A stretch of DNA of 26,156 bases from Actinomycetales bacterium (GTDB taxonomy: Bacteria > Actinomycetota > Actinomycetes > S36-B12), in the NCBI GenBank assembly GCA_017849335.1, contig JAFIHP010000423.1, positions 1 through 26,156 of the forward strand, given 5' to 3'. A program made the translations under genes and the position numbers. The notes beneath the pieces are model-generated. The model searched no databases. It saw only the letters and a program-made list of their open reading frames with translations, and was not told the DNA's origin. Below are positions 22,157 through 26,156 of the stretch, one piece after another; position 1 is the stretch's first letter, and each line of letters starts with the position of its first letter.

Positions 22157-24112
22157 TCAGACGTTCGCGGCCGACGCCCGGTAGGCCCGCCATCCTCCGT
22201 ACGAGGTGATCTCGGGGTGCTGCTCGGCCATCTCCCGCTTGTACAGGATTCCCGGCACGACGCGGCCGTCGCTGAGCTCCACCGGCCCACGGTAGAGGCC
22301 CGGCGGCTCGCCCTCGATGACCTTCAGCAGCACCTCCAGCGGCACGAGGTACAGCTCCCCCGGGATCGACGCCCCGGTCTCGCCGTCCTCGACGCGGTAC
22401 ATGCCGGGGTGCACGTCGCCGATCGTGTGGACGCGGTACCGGGGAGCCGTCGAGATCTCCTCCACGAACTCCGCGCCGGCGAGGTTGCCATGCAGCTCCA
22501 GTCCGCGCATCAGCGTGCCGTTGACGAACAGCACGCCGTCGTCCAGCTCTCGTGCGGTGTCCCGTCGACCGGCCCAGCCGAAGTAGGCGAGGATCGCCGC
22601 GAAGAGCAGGTATCCGATCGTGATCTGCGGCGACGCGTTCCATGCGACTTCGTAGGCGTTGATGATGCCGACGAAGGACAGCGCGGCGGCCACGAGGGCG
22701 GTCGCGGCTGCCGCGTACATCCGACGGTCGATCACGAACGCCGTGATCGCGCCGAGGAGGACGCCGACGAGCACCGACCCCTGGCCGAACAGCTTGAGGC
22801 CGTCGTAGATGACGCCGTTGCTGATGAGGACGTCGACCCCGACGGCCTGCGCGTTCGTCGACGCGCTCGCGAGGGCGTTGTCGACCAGTCCCGTGGCCCA
22901 CTCCGCGATGCTCGGCAGCATCGCCACGACGATCGCCGGCGCGTAGCGCTTCGCGTTCACGTTGAAGGCCTGCGCGCCGATCACCATGCCGATGTAGAGC
23001 AGCACCGGGACCAGCGCCTGCATCGGGAAGACGGCGAGGAACGTCCCGACCAGTCCGGTGAAGCACACGACGGCGACGACGATCCCGGTCGCCAGGGAGT
23101 AGCCGATCCTCCCGCCAGCCTGCTTCCATCCCGGGTGGCCGATGTAGACCGCCGGCGGGAAGGGAGAGCCCAGGAAGGAGCCCACGACCGCGCCGAGGCC
23201 GTCGGCCGTCAGGACCTGCCGCACGGAGTAGCGATCACCGGCAGCAGCCGCGGACTCGACGTTTGTCATGCCCTCGGTGAAGTTGTAGATGCCGAGCGGG
23301 ATCGCCGAGGCGAGCAGCGGGGCGATGTCCTGCAGGCCGGTGACGACGTCGCCCGTCGGGAACGGCAGCTTGAGCGCCAGGTTGCTGATCGAGTCGGAGA
23401 CGCCCGAGGGCTCCAGGATCCCGGACCACCCCGCGGCGACGGCGATCCACGCGACCGCGGTCGACACGACGACCGCGAGCAAGGCGACCGGGACGCCGAA
23501 CGGCATCCGTCGGTTGCCCAGGAAGCCCACGAGGATGATCGCGAACGCGATGAAGCCGATCCAGGCGGCCTGCCACATCTGCGCGGCCGGCCGCATCGAG
23601 ATGAACGTGATCGAGATGCCGGCGAGGGCGCCGAGCAACGCCGCCCGCGGCGTGATGCGTCGGATGTACGGTCCGAGCACGGCGCCGAGCAGCACGATCA
23701 CGCCGACGATCAACGCCCACGCGAGGCCGGCACGGTAGGCCTTCATTGCGTCCCCGGACTGGATCAGCACCGGCAGCATGACGACGAAGACGACGATGAA
23801 CGTGTGCGGGACGCTCGGCCCGTAGGGCAGCGCCGTCACGTCGGTCCGGTTCTCCTTGCGGGCGAGGCGCCGCGCGAGCATCGCGTACCAGATGTTGCCG
23901 AGCGGCAGCGCGATGCCTAGCGCCGGCAGGATGCGTCCGTACACCGTGTCGCTGGGGATCTGCACGACGAACAGGCACAGGCCTGTCAGCACGATGACGT
24001 TGAGCAGGACGTTGGTGCCCAGGCCGAAGAGGCCGTTCCAGTCACCGCGCGTCCACCACGGGATGCGCACGCTCGGGGCGGTCCGGCCGCCGGCAGTCGC
24101 TGTCGTGCTCAT
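22157..24112 (-). CDS. NCS2/AzgA-like (xanthine/uracil-type) permease fused to a C-terminal allophanate-hydrolase-C / GGCT-like domain
   Basis: ATG 24112. About 13 TM segments with WWTRGDWNGLFG, TALPYGPSVPH, GSPFPPAVYIGHPGWK. The last ~125 aa (from about 22540) are soluble: VLFVNGTLMRGLELHGNL...TAPRYRV...PGMYR...IPGELY...EPPGLYRGPVELSDG...ITSYGGWRAY. Confidence 0.88.
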   Translation of the reverse strand: MSTTATAGGRTAPSVRIPWWTRGDWNGLFGLGTNVLLNVIVLTGLCLFVVQIPSDTVYGRILPALGIALPLGNIWYAMLARRLARKENRTDVTALPYGPSVPHTFIVVFVVMLPVLIQSGDAMKAYRAGLAWALIVGVIVLLGAVLGPYIRRITPRAALLGALAGISITFISMRPAAQMWQAAWIGFIAFAIILVGFLGNRRMPFGVPVALLAVVVSTAVAWIAVAAGWSGILEPSGVSDSISNLALKLPFPTGDVVTGLQDIAPLLASAIPLGIYNFTEGMTNVESAAAAGDRYSVRQVLTADGLGAVVGSFLGSPFPPAVYIGHPGWKQAGGRIGYSLATGIVVAVVCFTGLVGTFLAVFPMQALVPVLLYIGMVIGAQAFNVNAKRYAPAIVVAMLPSIAEWATGLVDNALASASTNAQAVGVDVLISNGVIYDGLKLFGQGSVLVGVLLGAITAFVIDRRMYAAAATALVAAALSFVGIINAYEVAWNASPQITIGYLLFAAILAYFGWAGRRDTARELDDGVLFVNGTLMRGLELHGNLAGAEFVEEISTAPRYRVHTIGDVHPGMYRVEDGETGASIPGELYLVPLEVLLKVIEGEPPGLYRGPVELSDGRVVPGILYKREMAEQHPEITSYGGWRAYRASAANV

Positions 24113-24114
24113 GG

Positions 24115-24801
24115 TCAGGCCTTCCTGGTCTCGTCGGATGCGGCGATGGCGTCGAGCAGGTCGGCGGACGTCCCGACCCAGCCGACGATGCCGCCCTGCG
24201 CCGCGAACATCGCGAGGGCGGACTGGTGGAACTCGGGGAAGTACGAGCCGGTGCAGTCCGACAGCACGAGGCACTCGAAGCCCCGGTCGTTGGCTGCCCG
24301 AACGGTGGTCTGCACGCACACCTCCGTCGTGACGCCCGTGACGACCAGGTGCGTGACCCCGGACGCGCGCAGGATCGCCTCGAGGTCCGTGGCGTAGAAG
24401 GCGTCCTTCCCGGGCTTGTCGAGCACGACCTCGCCCTCGACCGGGGCGAGCTCGGGGACGATCTCGTGGCCGGCGGATCCGCGGACGAGGAGCCGGCCCA
24501 TCGGACCGTCGTCGCCGATGCGCAGCGACGGGTTGCCGCGGTCCCGCTTGGCCGGGTACAGGTCGCTGAGGTCGGGCCGGTGCCCCTCGCGCGTATGGAT
24601 GACCATCGCGCCGTGCTCGCGGAAGGCGTCCAGCACGCGCCGGGTGGGCTCGATGGCGACCTGCAGCCGGGACACGTCGTTGCCGAGGGACTCCCCGAAG
24701 CCCCCGGGTTCGACGAAGTCACGCTGGAAGTCGATGCACAGAAGGGCTGTGCGGCCGAGCTCGAAGCGGAACGGGTAGGGCTCCGCTGCGGTGGTGATCA
24801 T
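24115..24801 (-). CDS. trtA: Isochorismatase-like cysteine hydrolase, triuret hydrolase (TrtA)-type
   Basis: Catalytic D24/K129/C162. F35, L39, N41, E160, Y187 and I205 match the six positions I recall as separating TrtA from biuret hydrolase BiuH. RBS GGAGGA. Confidence 0.8.
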   Translation of the reverse strand: MITTAAEPYPFRFELGRTALLCIDFQRDFVEPGGFGESLGNDVSRLQVAIEPTRRVLDAFREHGAMVIHTREGHRPDLSDLYPAKRDRGNPSLRIGDDGPMGRLLVRGSAGHEIVPELAPVEGEVVLDKPGKDAFYATDLEAILRASGVTHLVVTGVTTEVCVQTTVRAANDRGFECLVLSDCTGSYFPEFHQSALAMFAAQGGIVGWVGTSADLLDAIAASDETRKA

Positions 24802-24838
24802 GCGTCCTCCTTGGTGGCGCGATCCTTCGTCGGCCGGC

Positions 24839-25804
24839 TCAGGCGCCGGTCCGGGTGATCCGTGTTCCCGACCGGCCGCGCAGGGCCTCCGGGAGGGCAG
24901 CGATGGACGTGATCACGGCCTGCTCGCCGCCGGCGTCCAGGAAGGCCAAGGCCGACTCGATCTTCGGACCCATGGACCCGGCCGGGAACTCGCCCGCCGC
25001 CAGGTGATCTCGCGCCTCGGCGGCGTCGATGGTGTCGAGCGCGCGCTGGCGGTCGGTTCCGAAGCCGACGTACACCTGGTCCACCCCCGTGACGAGGACG
25101 AGGGTCTGCAGGCCGATGCGCGCGGCGAGGAGGGCGGACAGTCGATCCTTGTCGATGACGGCGTCCACGCTGCGCCAGCCGTCCTCGTCCCGCACGACCG
25201 GGATCCCGCCCCCGCCGCCGGCGATGACGACCGAGCCGGTTCGCACGAGGGCGGCGATCTGCGTCGCTTCGAGCACGTCCCGCGGGAGCGGACTGGAGAC
25301 CACGCGGCGGAAGACGCCGTCGCTGGTCTCGCTGACGGTCCAGCCGGCCTCCGAGACGCGCAGGCGGGCGACGTCCGCGGACATCGTCGAGCCGATCGGC
25401 TTGGTGAGATGGTCGAACGCCGGGTCGGCCGGGTCCACCTCGGCATGCGTGAGGACCGTCACGGCGCGCTGATCGACGCCGCGGCGCGCGAGCGCGTTGT
25501 CGACCTCCAGGGTCAGGATGTGCCCGATGCCGCCCTGGGAGTCGGCGACGGCCAGCCACAGCGGCAGGTCGGGCAGGCCCTCGATCGGCGCCTCGGGCGC
25601 GACGAGCTCCCCGCGGCGCAGGATGTAGCCGACCTGGGGACCGTTGCCGTGGCTGACGACCACCTGCCAGCCGTCGGCCACCAGGCCCGCGACCTGCTCG
25701 GCGAAGGAGGCCGCCCGCTCCTGCTGGCGCACGATCGATCCGGCCTCGCCCTCCAGCACGAGGGCGTTCCCGCCGATCGCGATGAGAGCGCTGGGGGCGC
25801 TCAT
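24839..25804 (-). CDS. arcC: Carbamate kinase
   Basis: Motifs IGGNAL, SHGNGPQVG, KPIG, RRVVSSP.P, GGGGIPV, AVIDKD, GSMGPK. The ATG overlaps the upstream stop (ATGA). Confidence 0.95.
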   Translation of the reverse strand: MSAPSALIAIGGNALVLEGEAGSIVRQQERAASFAEQVAGLVADGWQVVVSHGNGPQVGYILRRGELVAPEAPIEGLPDLPLWLAVADSQGGIGHILTLEVDNALARRGVDQRAVTVLTHAEVDPADPAFDHLTKPIGSTMSADVARLRVSEAGWTVSETSDGVFRRVVSSPLPRDVLEATQIAALVRTGSVVIAGGGGGIPVVRDEDGWRSVDAVIDKDRLSALLAARIGLQTLVLVTGVDQVYVGFGTDRQRALDTIDAAEARDHLAAGEFPAGSMGPKIESALAFLDAGGEQAVITSIAALPEALRGRSGTRITRTGA

Positions 25805-26156
25805 CGTCCGGCCTCCCGCGCGAGCGCGTGGACGGCCGCCACGAACACCTCGGGCGGGGCGGTCACGATGCCGGCGCCGATCTGGCCGACCCCGGCCTCC
25901 CGGTGCGCGATCCCGGTGTTGATCACCGGGAGCACCCCGGTGTCGAGGACGGCGAGCACGTCGATGCCGCTCGGCGTCCCGGTGAAGTTGAGCGAGGGGA
26001 TGGGGAACGCCGGGTGGGGGCGCACGGTGATCCGCCGCATCGACCGCGAGATGGCGAGCGCATCGTCGGGCGTCCCCCCGACGAACTGCGTGATCGCGGG
26101 CGCGGCCGCCATGGCGAACCCGCCCAGGCCGACCGTCTCGGTGGTCGCCGAGTCGC
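25801..26156 (-). CDS. DUF1116 (YlbE/AllG/YahG-like) protein, C-terminal part; 5' end outside the window
   Basis: The frame is open to the window edge: DSATTETVGLGGFAMAAAPAI..FVGG...IPSLNFTGTPSGIDV...LPVINTGIAHREAGVGQIGAG, closely resembling the recalled E. coli YlbE C-terminus (GDSAITET.GIGGFAMA.APAI, LPVINTAIAHK.AGVG.IGAG). Confidence 0.9.
   Translation of the reverse strand, partial: DSATTETVGLGGFAMAAAPAITQFVGGTPDDALAISRSMRRITVRPHPAFPIPSLNFTGTPSGIDVLAVLDTGVLPVINTGIAHREAGVGQIGAGIVTAPPEVFVAAVHALAREAGR

Noticed and set aside
24115-24801. Biuret hydrolase (BiuH) or generic nicotinamidase/isochorismatase assignment
   Set aside because: All six diagnostic positions match the recalled TrtA pattern rather than BiuH, and no nicotinamidase metal-binding His pattern was seen.
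79-26112. Many long overlapping or antisense Arg/Pro/Gly-rich ORFs (for example 3745-5184, 12897-14297, 22079-23920, 16535-17020)
   Set aside because: Expected shadows in high-GC DNA. They have no motifs and lie opposite or across well-supported genes.
1-26156. CRISPR array, rRNA, transposase, or retron/phage-defence core genes
   Set aside because: No repeat-spacer array, rRNA-like sequence, or transposase/RT motifs were seen anywhere in the window.

Overview
High-GC actinobacterial chromosomal window (inferred from codon style and gene families) with about 29 protein genes, 3 tRNAs and one riboswitch. Left to right: (1) a minus-strand ApbE flavin transferase / di-haem ferric-reductase-like membrane protein / PepSY protein / Ser-Gly-rich secreted protein operon, divergent from an OmpR-family two-component system. 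Two copies of one promoter architecture occur in it (11-bp-period direct repeat, 31 nt, then TACCGT). (2) An NlpC/P60 protein lacking its catalytic Cys, under a c-di-AMP (ydaO) riboswitch. (3) Stand-alone trpB2, an HTH + Clp-N pair with a double palindromic operator, a flippase-like protein, a nucleosidase and a membrane-anchored hypothetical protein. (4) tRNA-Ser(TGA), CrtO-like, YihY, Zn alcohol dehydrogenase, ROK kinase, tRNA-Ser(GCT), YdeI/OmpD, VOC, AraC and tRNA-Arg(ACG). (5) A low-GC Fic gene with an AT-rich palindromic upstream region. (6) A degenerate PanB-like gene, a Gfo/Idh/MocA oxidoreductase, an F420 LLM oxidoreductase and DUF6328, the last two with divergent SigF/SigB-type promoters. 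(7) The 3' end of a nitrogen-catabolic operon: DUF1116/AllG-like protein, carbamate kinase, a cysteine hydrolase carrying all six triuret-hydrolase (TrtA) signature residues, and an NCS2-like permease fused to an allophanate-hydrolase C-terminal-like domain. This last operon is the best candidate for an undescribed system: a possibly ATP-yielding, carbamoyl-phosphate-based route for triuret/biuret-type ureides. Family assignments come from motif recognition and recalled reference sequences; no database search was run.
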